From NCBI GenBank assembly GCA_014871745.1, contig WGSI01000002.1:24615-88614 (forward strand): a stretch of DNA of 64,000 bases, written 5' to 3'. The stretch comes from Collinsella sp. Lineage in GTDB: Bacteria; Actinomycetota; Coriobacteriia; Coriobacteriales; Coriobacteriaceae. The notes beneath the pieces were generated by a model. The model searched no databases and was not told where the DNA came from. It saw only the letters and a list, made by a program, of their open reading frames with translations. Below are positions 28,956-38,775 of the stretch, in pieces. Position 1 is the stretch's first letter. The number at the start of each line of letters is the position of its first letter. Both the position numbers and the translations under genes were made by a program.

Positions 28956-29657
28956 CTACAGCCCGCGAATGCGCACGGCCTCGGGCGGAAACTCCTGCTC
29001 GCCGGCATCGGTCTTGATGGTCGCACGGCCCCAGATGTCCAGGCCCGCAAACACACCGACCGCAAGCGGCAAACCGCTGGGCGACACCGCCGCAACTTGG
29101 CGACCGAGCAGCGGCACCATGTCGAAGTACTCGCCCAGCACGGGGGCCAGCGGACCTGCGGCGCCCTGCGGCGTGTTGGCAACAGCCGCCCAGGCGTCCA
29201 CGCGGGTCAGCACGGCGGCAGCCAACTCCTCGACCAGCGCTTCGTCGGCCGCATCCACACCGAGCTCGCTCAGCGCCGAACGTTCAATATCCACCGTCAC
29301 GGCACCGAACATGCCCGCAGCACCGGCGCCGCCGTTGACGGCGACGCGCCCGAACGACGTCTCGAACGCGGGCGCGCCGCACACGATATTGCTCGGCCAC
29401 TCAATGCCCACCTTGCCGGCAAGGTCCAGGCCCGGCGTCGACGCTGTGCCCACGAGCGCGTCCATCATGCCCATCGCCGCCACAAACGGCAGGCCGTGGA
29501 AGGCATGCATGTTCACGTCCGGGCGCACGACCAGCGAAAACGTCAACGACGTCTCGCCCGCGCTCCAAGCGCACCAGCCCGCGGACGCACCCTCGCGGCC
29601 CGCGTCGCGCGCGGCGTCAAGCTCGGTGCCAACGGCCACAGCATTCATCTCAATCAT
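28956..29657 (-). CDS. Degenerate biotin-protein-ligase (BirA)-like protein
   Basis: SLTFSLVVRP, GIEWPSNIV (cf. LKWPNDI) and an SH3-like C-terminus (LGRQV...GVFAGLDIWGRATI). GRGR and KxxGIL motifs are absent. Confidence 0.6.
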   Translation of the reverse strand: MIEMNAVAVGTELDAARDAGREGASAGWCAWSAGETSLTFSLVVRPDVNMHAFHGLPFVAAMGMMDALVGTASTPGLDLAGKVGIEWPSNIVCGAPAFETSFGRVAVNGGAGAAGMFGAVTVDIERSALSELGVDAADEALVEELAAAVLTRVDAWAAVANTPQGAAGPLAPVLGEYFDMVPLLGRQVAAVSPSGLPLAVGVFAGLDIWGRATIKTDAGEQEFPPEAVRIRGL

Positions 29658-31385
29658 CTACATACGCCCCAATTCGCCCACGATATGCCCCACGCGGTCC
29701 TCGGGCTCCTTGACCTCTACGCCGTTGTAGCGGAAGAACCGCGCTGGGTCGTGCATCAGGTCCTCGAGCGGCACCAGCACAAAGTCGCGCTCGCCGATCA
29801 GCGGATGCGGCAGGCGCAGTTTTTTGCCGCCGTGGATCTCGCCGTCCATCCACAGCAGGTCCAGGTCGATGGTGCGCGGGCCGTTGACCTTGGCCTTCTT
29901 GGAGCGGTCACGCCCCAGCTCGACCTCGATCTTCATAAGCTCGTCGAGCAGCACCAGCGGCGCCAGCTCGGTCTTGATCTCGATGACGGCGTTGGCAAAC
30001 GCATCTTGGCGCGTCTCGTAGGCCGGCTCGCTCTCGTAGATGCGCGAGCAGTTGGACACGCAGGTGAGCGGAATCTCGGCGATCATGTCGCGTGCGGCGC
30101 GGATGTTGTCGCAACGATGCCCCAGGTTGGAGCCCACGGCCACAAACGCACGGCGCGGTTGCGGCTTGGCGACAGCCCAGTAACCGTTCAGGAACTGCGC
30201 AAAGCCGGTAACGTCGTGCACGCGCACGACGTTGGCACCGGCCTGGATAGCGCCCAGGCACACGCCAAACGTGGCGGCATCGCGCGCGGCCGCCTCGGTC
30301 ACGCCCGAGACGGCGCCCACAAAACGCTTGCGCGACACGGCGCACATGAGCGGATAGCCCAGCGACGCCATCTTGGCGGTCTCGCGCTGGATGACGATAT
30401 CCTCGTTGGCCGTCTTGCCAAAGCCCGGACCGGGATCGATACAGATGCGGTCGCGCGACACGCCGGCATGGATGAGCGTGCGGGCCTGGTCGGACAGAAA
30501 GCCCATGACGCGGCGCATGATGGGCGCCGAATCGGGCAGGGTAAAGCGGCGGAGCTGAGAGGTGGGCACGTAGGCCTCCTCGCGGCGGGCGCTGCGGCGC
30601 ATCATGGCGGCCAGGTGGTCATTGGGCTCCGGCACGGGCTCAGGGTTCGCAGCGGCCTCGGCGACAGGGGCGACCTGCTCGGCGGCCGATGCCTCCTGCT
30701 TCTGCTCGTCCGTGGGCTCCGGCGCAGGCTCCGGATCGCCAAACGGCAGCGAGGGCTGCACCACGCCGCCCGGCAGCTTGGCCTCCGTCTTGGGCTCGCC
30801 CAGCAGCTTGCCGCGACGGCGGCGGGCAGGCTTCTCGACCTCGCGCGCAGCCTCGGCGGCCGCCTCACGCGCCTTCTCGGCAACAAACGCCGCGGCAGAG
30901 GTATCGAGCTGCACCGTCGCATGCGTGCGAGCGCTCGCAGCGACCTCGCCGGCGTGCATCACGATGACGCCGCAGGTGCTCGTCGCGACAAACTCGACCA
31001 TCTTGGGGTCGGTGAAGCCCGTCACGTCGTTGACGATCGAGGCGCCGCAACGCACGGCCGCCTTGGCAACCGCCACGTGGCGCGTGTCGATCGAGACGAT
31101 GGCGCCCTCTTTGGCCAGCGCGCGCACCACGGGCAGCACGCGGCGAGCCTCCTCGTCGGGGTTGACCGGGGTAAAACCGGGGCGCGTGGACTCGCCACCC
31201 ACGTCGATGATGTCGGCGCCGGCGTCGAGCATCGCCAGGCCGTACTCGATGGCGGCATCCGGGTCGAAGTGCTCACCGCCATCGCTAAACGAATCGGGCG
31301 TCACGTTGAGGACGCCCATGATGCGCGGGCGGTCAAAGCTGAGCTCGTACTTTCCGCACCGCCATGTCTTGCTATCGTTCGCCAT
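29658..31385 (-). CDS. folPK: Dihydropteroate synthase - HPPK fusion (FolP-FolK) with an internal low-complexity insertion
   Basis: DHPS motifs GVLNVTPDSFSDGG, DVGGESTRPG, DPGPGFGK, SRKRF and RVHDV. HPPK motifs GSNLG, FANAV, GPRTIDLDLL and PHP..ERDFVL. AGGAGG RBS before ATG 31385. Confidence 0.92.
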   Translation of the reverse strand: MANDSKTWRCGKYELSFDRPRIMGVLNVTPDSFSDGGEHFDPDAAIEYGLAMLDAGADIIDVGGESTRPGFTPVNPDEEARRVLPVVRALAKEGAIVSIDTRHVAVAKAAVRCGASIVNDVTGFTDPKMVEFVATSTCGVIVMHAGEVAASARTHATVQLDTSAAAFVAEKAREAAAEAAREVEKPARRRRGKLLGEPKTEAKLPGGVVQPSLPFGDPEPAPEPTDEQKQEASAAEQVAPVAEAAANPEPVPEPNDHLAAMMRRSARREEAYVPTSQLRRFTLPDSAPIMRRVMGFLSDQARTLIHAGVSRDRICIDPGPGFGKTANEDIVIQRETAKMASLGYPLMCAVSRKRFVGAVSGVTEAAARDAATFGVCLGAIQAGANVVRVHDVTGFAQFLNGYWAVAKPQPRRAFVAVGSNLGHRCDNIRAARDMIAEIPLTCVSNCSRIYESEPAYETRQDAFANAVIEIKTELAPLVLLDELMKIEVELGRDRSKKAKVNGPRTIDLDLLWMDGEIHGGKKLRLPHPLIGERDFVLVPLEDLMHDPARFFRYNGVEVKEPEDRVGHIVGELGRM

Positions 31386-31479
31386 GAACATCCTCCTAAA
31401 ATGCCCGCGCCGCCGCGCTCGGGCGCTGGCGGCGGGGTCGCTTTGCAATCAGTCTTTCTATTGTATCCGCGCACACGGG

Positions 31480-32232
31480 CTAGAACGCAAACGCGGCCGC
31501 GATGTCGCAAGAAATCAGCAGGTCGGCATTTGCATCCTGATCGGTGGGAGCAAGATTGCAAATGGTCAGCGTATCGCCGGTAAAGTAGCGCGTAAGGCCC
31601 GCCGCCGGATACACCACGAGCGAGGTCCCGCCCACAATGAGGGCATCGGCCGCGGCGATGGCGGCAACGGCGCCGGTCAGCACACGCTCATCGAGCGGCT
31701 CCTCGTAGAGCACCACATCGGGCTTGATGCGCCCGCCGCACGCAGGACACACGGGCACACCCGCGGCGTCCTCGTGCTCGCGCGAGCAAATCCACTCGGC
31801 GCTATAGACCGCGCCGCACGACTGGCAAATGTTTCGATGGACCGATCCGTGCAGCTCAAACACACGCCGCGAGCCGGCCATCTGATGCAGGCCGTCGATA
31901 TTTTGCGTCACCACGGCATTTAGCTTTCCGGCGCGCTCCAGCTCGGCCAGCTTGGTGTGGCAGCGGTTGGGCTTGGCGCCAAGCGCGATCATCTTGGTGC
32001 GGTAGAAGTCGAAGAACTCGGCCGGATGCGCCTCATAAAAGCTATGCGAGAGCATGGTCTCGGGCGGATAGGCAAACTGCTGGTGATACAGGCCGTCCAC
32101 GCTGCGGAAATCGGGGATGCCACTCGCCGTGGAAACACCCGCGCCGCCAAAGAAGACCACGCGCTTGTGGGTGCCGAACAGCTCTTCCAGCGCGGCGGAG
32201 GCCTGCTTGGGATCCGTTATTGCCTGCGTCAT
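31480..32232 (-). CDS. cobB: NAD-dependent protein deacylase (sirtuin)
   Basis: GAGVSTASGIPDFRS, TQNIDGLHQ, ELHGS, CxxC...CxxC zinc site and GTSLVVYPAA. Confidence 0.93.
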   Translation of the reverse strand: MTQAITDPKQASAALEELFGTHKRVVFFGGAGVSTASGIPDFRSVDGLYHQQFAYPPETMLSHSFYEAHPAEFFDFYRTKMIALGAKPNRCHTKLAELERAGKLNAVVTQNIDGLHQMAGSRRVFELHGSVHRNICQSCGAVYSAEWICSREHEDAAGVPVCPACGGRIKPDVVLYEEPLDERVLTGAVAAIAAADALIVGGTSLVVYPAAGLTRYFTGDTLTICNLAPTDQDANADLLISCDIAAAFAF

Positions 32233-32368
32233 ATGAGTCCTCCGTCCTTGTTGGTCGGATGGCGGCGGGCGCTTGCCCGGCGCGCAGCCTTTGGGTCGAC
32301 ACGCGCGGAGCCCACCACCGCCCCTGTTGCGCTAATCTTAAGCCTGCCAACCCCGTCGAAAGGACACC

Positions 32369-33187
32369 ATGCCTCAGACTTACACTTTCGCCTCGTGGAA
32401 CGTCAACGGCCTGCGCGCCGTGCTCAAAAAGGACCCGAGCTTTATCCAAATCGCGCAAGAACTCGATGTCGATATCCTGGCGCTGCAGGAGACCAAGCTG
32501 CAGGAGGGCCAGGTCGATATCGACCTGGCCGGCTATCACCAAACCTGGAGCTACGCCGAGCGTAAAGGCTATTCGGGCACTGCGGTCTTTAGCCGCCAGG
32601 AACCGCTGCGCGTGCTGCACGCCGACGCACTGCTGCCCTACGCTGGCGAGGGCGAGGCGGCCGAGCTCGTCGCCCAAGCCACAACCGAGGGCCGCGTCTG
32701 CGCGCTCGAGTTCGACAAGTTTTGGTTTGTGGATGTCTACACGCCCAACGCCCAAAATGAGCTCGCGCGCATCGACGTGCGCATGGCCTGGGACGATGCC
32801 TATCGCGGCTTTTTGAACGCGCTCGAGCGCGAGACCGGCAAACCCGTCGTAACCTGCGGCGACTTTAACGTGGCGCACGAGGAGATCGACCTTAAGAACC
32901 CCAAGTCCAACCGCGGCAACGCCGGTTTTTCGGACGAAGAGCGCGGCAAGTTTACCGAGCTGCTCAACGCCGGGTTTACCGATACCTGGCGCGCGGCAAA
33001 CCCCGACGTCGAGGGCGTCTACAGCTGGTGGAGCTACCGCTTTAATGCTCGCAAGAACAACGCAGGATGGCGCATCGATTACTTCCTGGTAAGTGATTCA
33101 ATCGCCGCCGACGTTCGCGACACCGGCATCCGCGGCGACATCTTCGGCAGCGACCACTGCCCCGTCACCCTCACGCTAGAGTTCTAG
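32369..33187 (+). CDS. xth: Exodeoxyribonuclease III / AP endonuclease (ExoA type)
   Basis: Motifs SWNVNGLRA, LQETK, GYSGTA, CGDFNVAH, GWRIDYF and GSDHCP. Confidence 0.95.
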   Translation: MPQTYTFASWNVNGLRAVLKKDPSFIQIAQELDVDILALQETKLQEGQVDIDLAGYHQTWSYAERKGYSGTAVFSRQEPLRVLHADALLPYAGEGEAAELVAQATTEGRVCALEFDKFWFVDVYTPNAQNELARIDVRMAWDDAYRGFLNALERETGKPVVTCGDFNVAHEEIDLKNPKSNRGNAGFSDEERGKFTELLNAGFTDTWRAANPDVEGVYSWWSYRFNARKNNAGWRIDYFLVSDSIAADVRDTGIRGDIFGSDHCPVTLTLEF

Positions 33188-33265
33188 CCCCAACTGATCC
33201 CCTGGGGACGGAGGAAAAGGGATCATTTTCACCTCGCGAGGGAATCCACGCGACCCGCCCGCCAC

Positions 33266-33415
33266 GAAACTGGCCCATCTACTACGTTTAAGCCACCGCC
33301 CTCAACCACAGCGAACAACGCAAAAAGAAAACCGCAGGTAGAAAGCCTGCGGTTTTTCATAAAACGCGGTCATGGTCGGGGGTATCAGGCTAAACGTAGT
33401 AGATGGGCCAGTTTC
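33266..33415. repeat. ~150-bp inverted-repeat element, copy D (variant arms)
   Basis: Arms GAAACTGGCCCATCTACTACGTTTA / TAAACGTAGTAGATGGGCCAGTTTC. Central AAAACCGCAGGTAGAAAGC. Confidence 0.8.
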
Positions 33416-33522
33416 GTTGCGGCCGCCGTCAACTGATTCCCTGGGGACGTCTGGGGACAGAAGAAAACGGATCAATTAGGCTCTTGAGGACCACGATGCC
33501 CGTCATATCAGCCGGCCATTTC

Positions 33523-33675
33523 AAAACTATGCCGGTTTACGGGGCTGAATCGCGAACCCCCCAACCATACGCAATTCCGAGATAATAAAACCGCAGGTGA
33601 ACGGCTTGCTCAATTTCGAAAAAAGCCGGTATGGTCTGTCTGCGCCAATCTAGCCCCGTAAACCGGCATAGTTTT
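33523..33675. repeat. ~153-bp inverted-repeat element, copy C
   Basis: Arms AAAACTATGCCGGTTTACGGGGCT / AGCCCCGTAAACCGGCATAGTTTT. Central AAAACCGCAGGTGAACGGCTTGC. Confidence 0.85.
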
Positions 33676-33722
33676 AAAATGGCACTTCTGCAGTATTGAT
33701 TCCCACCCCGGCGCAACCGCCA

Positions 33723-34436
33723 TTACAGCCCGTACTTCGCGACGACGCGGTTGATGCGGCGACACCAGGGCCTGTACAGGGCGGCCAAGAACACACAGGT
33801 CGCGAGGCCGTGTGTGATATCGAACGGCACTGCCGTGGCAAGACGCGCCACGGCTCCCGCCCACGTGAGCGGCTGCACAAAACCGATGATGTCATACGCG
33901 TTGATCACCACGCCGTACAGCAAACCCGATGCAAAGCCGTACGCCATCAGGGCCGGCATGCGCACGGTTCCACCCGCACGGTCGAACGCGCCCGCATGCG
34001 CCAGCGCGCCGCCAACATAGCCAACCAGACCCCAGGCATACATCTGCCATGGCGTCCACATGCCCTGCCCAAAAAAGAAGTTGCTGGTCAGCGCCGCCAG
34101 CGCGCCGACTATAAAGCCGTTACGACGACCGAGTGTCGCCCCGGCGATAATGGCGATGGCACTCACGGGTTTAAAGTCGGGAATGGGGCCAAACAAGATG
34201 CGCCCCGCCGCGGCCAACGCCGCCAACACCAGCGTGGGCATAATCTGTCGCAGGCCCGGGCGCGACGCCTCGTAGCCCGCAAAGAACAGCGCGAGCACCA
34301 GCGCTACCACGACAAGCATGCCAAGCGCCGCCTGCTCAATGCCCGCCAGCAACGCCGCAGTCATCACTGCCGGCACCGCCAGGAGCAGCGGAATCTCCAT
34401 TTTTGTGAGTAGGCGCGAGGCGCGATGATCCATCAT
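33723..34436 (-). CDS. ECF transporter S component, CbrT-like (putative cobalamin uptake)
   Basis: Hydrophobic protein with PDFKPVSAIAIIAG, SNFFFGQGMWTPWQM and PFDITH motifs. Confidence 0.75.
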   Translation of the reverse strand: MMDHRASRLLTKMEIPLLLAVPAVMTAALLAGIEQAALGMLVVVALVLALFFAGYEASRPGLRQIMPTLVLAALAAAGRILFGPIPDFKPVSAIAIIAGATLGRRNGFIVGALAALTSNFFFGQGMWTPWQMYAWGLVGYVGGALAHAGAFDRAGGTVRMPALMAYGFASGLLYGVVINAYDIIGFVQPLTWAGAVARLATAVPFDITHGLATCVFLAALYRPWCRRINRVVAKYGL

Positions 34437-34440
34437 CCCA

Positions 34441-36084
34441 TCACGCCCTGTAGAACACGTTGTCGGAAAAAAAGTCGGCCGGCGGCTCCATGCAGGCAAT
34501 CTCACCGTCGAACATCATGGCAATGTCATCGGCAACCTGCTCGGCAAAATCCAGATCGTGCGTGGCCATGATGACGGTACCGCCAGCCTCCGCATGGCCA
34601 CGCAGGGCGCGGGCGATGATGCGGCGGCTGGCCAGGTCCAAGCCCTTGGTGGGCTCATCGAGCAATAGCAGTTCGGGGCCAATCAGCAGCAGTTTTGCCA
34701 ATGCAAGCAGTTGACGCTGTCCGCCCGAAAGATCGTACGGGTGGCGCCCATCCAGGCCCGACAGCCCCAGGCTCGCCGCGCGCTCCCGCGCCACAGCCTC
34801 GTCATATCCGCAGGTCGAAGCCCATTCCATCAGCTCATCGCGCACCGTCTCGGCAACCAGCAACGCCTTGGGATTCTGAGGCAGCAGCGCTGCCGATCCC
34901 GCCCCGCGCTCCATATGCCCACGCTGCAACTTGACCGTCTTGGCCAGCACCGAAAGCATTGTCGACTTCCCGCAGCCGTTACCACCCACAACCGCATGCA
35001 CCGCGCCAGCCGAGAACGCCGCATCGAGCCCACGCAGCACCCAGCCGGACGCCCGATCGTAGCGAAACCAGCTCCCTGCCAGGGTGGTAGCCGGCCCAGC
35101 GTGCATTTTTGGGAGTATTCGGCATCCACCGGCGCGCGATGGCGCCCCCGAGTCACCCTGCGGCAGTATTTGCGCCCCAAATTCAGCCGATTTGTCCGAT
35201 TTCAGTCCTTTTTTTGCACCCGGAGCGCCCCCGCGCGGGTCCAAAGAGCCCGGCTGGCCACTGGCGCTGCTGAAAACTCCGTTTTTTGCACGCCGCGAGG
35301 CACCCCACCCCGGCACCTCGCCAGAAAACAGCTCTTCACGGTGCCCCAGGGAGGCAATGTCAGCCACCTCGCACACGCATCCGTCCTCAATCCGGTACGC
35401 GCACGTCGCGTATTCGAGCATCGGGCGCGGCTGGTGCGTTGCCACGACAACCGTGCAGCCCAACTCGCGATTCACGCGAAACAGTGCGTGCAGAAAACTC
35501 TTCTCGGCAACGGGATCGAGCTGAGACGTGGGCTCGTCGAGCAGCAGCACACGCGGGCGCAGTGCCAGGACGGCGGCAAGCGACAGCAGCTGCTTGCGGC
35601 CACCCGAAAGCGTATCGGTATCGCGATGAAGCCAGTCCTCCAGACCAAAGAAATAGCTGGTCTCGGCAACACGGCGGCGCATCTCGTCGCGCGACATGCC
35701 TAAGTTTTCCAGGCCAAACGCCATCTCGTGCCACACGGTCTCGCACACAATCTGGTTCTCGGGATCCTGGAACACGTAGCCCACGCGCTCCGCAGACGCG
35801 CGCACGTCCATGTCGGCAACGTTCTCGCCCAGCACGCGCAGCTCGCCAGTGCATTCGCCCGCCGGCGAAATCTCGGGCTTGAGCAGCGACAGCAGCGTCG
35901 ACTTACCCGATCCGGTACCGCCAACAAGCAGCGCAAATGCACCTTGGGGAACAGACCAGTCGAGTCCCTCGAGCACCGCAGCATCAGCCCCAGGGTAGGA
36001 AAAGCTCAGGCTCCGCACCTCAATCGCCGGCATATCCGGGCCGCACGCCGCGCCCGACACCGGGCCCCTATCCAACCGAGCCAT
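34441..36084 (-). CDS. ECF transporter tandem ATPase (A-A' fusion)
   Basis: Two Walker A motifs (GGTGSGKST, GGNGCGKST), LSGG signatures, LLDEPT twice and FQDPENQ. Confidence 0.9.
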   Translation of the reverse strand: MARLDRGPVSGAACGPDMPAIEVRSLSFSYPGADAAVLEGLDWSVPQGAFALLVGGTGSGKSTLLSLLKPEISPAGECTGELRVLGENVADMDVRASAERVGYVFQDPENQIVCETVWHEMAFGLENLGMSRDEMRRRVAETSYFFGLEDWLHRDTDTLSGGRKQLLSLAAVLALRPRVLLLDEPTSQLDPVAEKSFLHALFRVNRELGCTVVVATHQPRPMLEYATCAYRIEDGCVCEVADIASLGHREELFSGEVPGWGASRRAKNGVFSSASGQPGSLDPRGGAPGAKKGLKSDKSAEFGAQILPQGDSGAPSRAGGCRILPKMHAGPATTLAGSWFRYDRASGWVLRGLDAAFSAGAVHAVVGGNGCGKSTMLSVLAKTVKLQRGHMERGAGSAALLPQNPKALLVAETVRDELMEWASTCGYDEAVARERAASLGLSGLDGRHPYDLSGGQRQLLALAKLLLIGPELLLLDEPTKGLDLASRRIIARALRGHAEAGGTVIMATHDLDFAEQVADDIAMMFDGEIACMEPPADFFSDNVFYRA

Positions 36085-36962
36085 CAGCCAAACCTCTTCT
36101 CATCGATCGCATGCAACACACAGGGCAGCGCCATCCAGGCCGCATATACGACATAGCCCAGCCACGGCGCCGGCACCGATAGTTGCGGGTAAAACGAATA
36201 CTGCGTCGTCGCGGTCCATGCCACCGCCACCGCGGCGGCACCAAACAACGCAAGCCCAACCAGCGCGGCAACATCGCCGCGCCCCAGCCGATACCGCGCG
36301 TACGTCGTTCGACGCGTCGCAGCACCCCATCCGCGCGAGCGCATGGCGTCCGCGCGCTCCAGCGAATCCTCCATGCCCCAGCCCATCAACACACTCGATG
36401 CACGCAAACGCGAACGCACGGGGTCGGCCGGCGCGCGCCCCGGTACATCAATCGCATCCTGTACCGCCAGTACCGTACGACCGCGGCGCAAAAACTGCGG
36501 GATAAGCCGCATACACATCGAGATCATGAGCGCGATCACCGGCGCGGTGTTACCCAAAAGCGCAAGCACCTTGTCGTAGCTAAGCATCGATGCCGCAGCC
36601 TCAAACCACAGCACGCTCGCCACAAACAGCCCGCCCATGCATAGGCCGTAAACCATGCTCTCCAGATACACCGCGCGCATGCCAATACGGAACAGCTCTG
36701 TCGAGCCCGAGGCGCTAAACAGCGGGTTGAGCACCGCGATGATCAAAATCACCGGCAGCTGCCAGCGAAGCGCCCCCAACGTACGCGCGGCGCCGCGCGT
36801 CGCAAACCCGTACGCCAACCCGCCCGCAAGCGACAGCGCAATCAGCACCGGCTGCATCGAGAACATGGTGAATCCCAGCGTCAGCACCATGTAGAGCGCC
36901 GGCACCGCCGGATGCGACATCGAAAATGCCGCGACGAGCTCGTTGCCCGATTCCTCTCGCAT
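36084..36962 (-). CDS. ECF transporter T component (CbiQ/EcfT)
   Basis: HPAV, NPLFS, MRLIP and ADAMRSRGWG coupling motif. The start codon is uncertain. Confidence 0.85.
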   Translation of the reverse strand: MREESGNELVAAFSMSHPAVPALYMVLTLGFTMFSMQPVLIALSLAGGLAYGFATRGAARTLGALRWQLPVILIIAVLNPLFSASGSTELFRIGMRAVYLESMVYGLCMGGLFVASVLWFEAAASMLSYDKVLALLGNTAPVIALMISMCMRLIPQFLRRGRTVLAVQDAIDVPGRAPADPVRSRLRASSVLMGWGMEDSLERADAMRSRGWGAATRRTTYARYRLGRGDVAALVGLALFGAAAVAVAWTATTQYSFYPQLSVPAPWLGYVVYAAWMALPCVLHAIDEKRFG

Positions 36963-37169
36963 GATGTCCACGGGCACCTCCCATCCCCTCGCGCAAAACG
37001 CCAACGCCGCAGCGCCGCCGCCATGCACAACCAGCGCAAACGCCACGCCGGCGGCGCAAGCCTCAACCGCCGCAAACCAATCGCTACGCGCTCAACATAT
37101 GCCTGCGGTATCATATTGCGCCGTGTATCGTTTCCAAACACACGTCTCTATAACGTAACAGGAGATCAC

Positions 37170-38582
37170 ATGGACGCAACCGCAATTATCCTCGCTGCCG
37201 GCGAGGGCACCCGCATGAAGTCGAACCACTGCAAGGTTTCGCACAAGATCCTGGGCAAGCCCATGGTTCAGTGGATCGTCGACGCCACCATCAAGGCCGG
37301 CTGCAGCCGCGTCGTGGTCGTCATCGGCAGCCACGCCGACGAGATGCGCGCCCTCGTCGACGGCGCCTACGCCAGCAGCGCCACCAAGGTCGAGTGCGTC
37401 GAGCAGACCGAGCGCCTGGGCACCGGTCACGCCGTGAAGGTCGCGCTCGAGGCCTGCGGCATCACGCAAGGCCCCGTCGTCGTGCTCAACGGCGACCTGC
37501 CGCTCATCACCGCCGACACCGTCGCCAAGTTCGCACAGACCGTCGCTACCGGCGAGCTCGCCTGCACCGTCATGACCATGACCCCGCCCGACCCCTTCGG
37601 CTACGGCCGCATCAAGCTGGGCGCCGACGGCCAGATCGAGCGCATCATCGAGCAGAAGGACTGCACGCCCGAGCAGGCCGCCACGCTGCTGGAGTGCAAC
37701 GCCGGCTGCTACGCCTTCGACGGCGCGCAGCTCGCCGCCCACATCAACGAGATCGGCAACGACAACGCGCAGTCCGAGTACTATCTGCCCGACATGCTCG
37801 AAATCCTCAAGGGTCACGGCCAGGCGGTCTCCATCTTCCACTGCGATGACTACCGCGACGGCCTGGGCGTCAACAGCCGCATCCAGCTCGCGCAGCTCAC
37901 CGCCATTGCGCGCGACCGCATCAACGAGCACTGGATGGCCGAGGGCGTCACGTTCATCGATCCCACGCAGGCCTGGATCGGCCCCGACGCCGTTATCGGC
38001 CGCGACACCGTCGTGTGGCCGCAGACGCATCTGATCGGCCACGTCACCGTGGGCGAGGAATGCCAGCTCGGCCCCAACAGTCGCCTCACCGACACCACCG
38101 TCGGCAGCGGCTGCACCATCGATGAGACCATCGCCATCGAGGCCGTCATCGAGAACGGCGTCGACTGCGGCCCGCGCGCCTACCTGCGCCCGGGCACCCA
38201 CATGCTCGACGGCTCCAAGGCCGGCACGCACGTGGAAATCAAGAAGTCCACGATCGGCGAGGGCTCCAAGGTTCCGCACCTGTCCTACATCGGCGACACC
38301 ACCATGGGCTCCGGTGTCAACGTGGGCGCGGGCTCCATCACCTGCAACTACGATGGCGTGCACAAGCACAAGACCGTCATCGGCAAGGATGCCTTCATCG
38401 GTTCCGACACCATGATGGTCGCGCCCGCCCAGATCGGCGACGGCGCGCTTGTGGCCGCCGGCTCCGTCATCACCGAGCCGGTCCCGGCAGATGCACTCGG
38501 CCTGGGCCGCGCCCGTCAGGTAAATATTGAGGGCTGGGCCGCCAATTACCGCCGCCGTCTGCACGAGGACGACAAGGCATAA
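37170..38582 (+). CDS. glmU: Bifunctional UDP-GlcNAc pyrophosphorylase / glucosamine-1-P acetyltransferase
   Basis: ILAAGEGTRMKS, LGTGHAV, GYGRI, hexapeptide repeats, HLSYIGD and TCNYDG. Confidence 0.97.
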   Translation: MDATAIILAAGEGTRMKSNHCKVSHKILGKPMVQWIVDATIKAGCSRVVVVIGSHADEMRALVDGAYASSATKVECVEQTERLGTGHAVKVALEACGITQGPVVVLNGDLPLITADTVAKFAQTVATGELACTVMTMTPPDPFGYGRIKLGADGQIERIIEQKDCTPEQAATLLECNAGCYAFDGAQLAAHINEIGNDNAQSEYYLPDMLEILKGHGQAVSIFHCDDYRDGLGVNSRIQLAQLTAIARDRINEHWMAEGVTFIDPTQAWIGPDAVIGRDTVVWPQTHLIGHVTVGEECQLGPNSRLTDTTVGSGCTIDETIAIEAVIENGVDCGPRAYLRPGTHMLDGSKAGTHVEIKKSTIGEGSKVPHLSYIGDTTMGSGVNVGAGSITCNYDGVHKHKTVIGKDAFIGSDTMMVAPAQIGDGALVAAGSVITEPVPADALGLGRARQVNIEGWAANYRRRLHEDDKA

Positions 38583-38775
38583 CGTTTTACCAAGCATCTA
38601 AGGAGCTGTTCCATGGGGGGCGGCTCCTTTTTCTATCGTGACCTGCGCGACCGGATGAGTGGTCGGTTCGTGTCCGTTGACGGTAAAGACGTTATCAAGA
38701 CCCGATTAACCCCGCCGCGCGGTTACAATGCAAAAAGGCATCTATATGGCATTCGATGTATAAAGGAGAAGGGTA

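Noticed and set aside
29097..31583. Long antisense ORFs (also 25091-27340, 14327-16039, 46204-47952, 37092-38597)
   Set aside because: These are shadow ORFs opposite well-supported genes, expected from GC-rich codon bias, with no recognisable motifs.
31480..32232. Anti-phage Sir2 (Thoeris/DSR-type)
   Set aside because: It is a canonical ~250-aa zinc-binding CobB-type deacylase in a housekeeping context.
36963..37169. Cobalamin riboswitch upstream of the CbrT-like ECF operon
   Set aside because: No B12-box or other conserved riboswitch elements were recognisable in the short divergent region shared with glmU.
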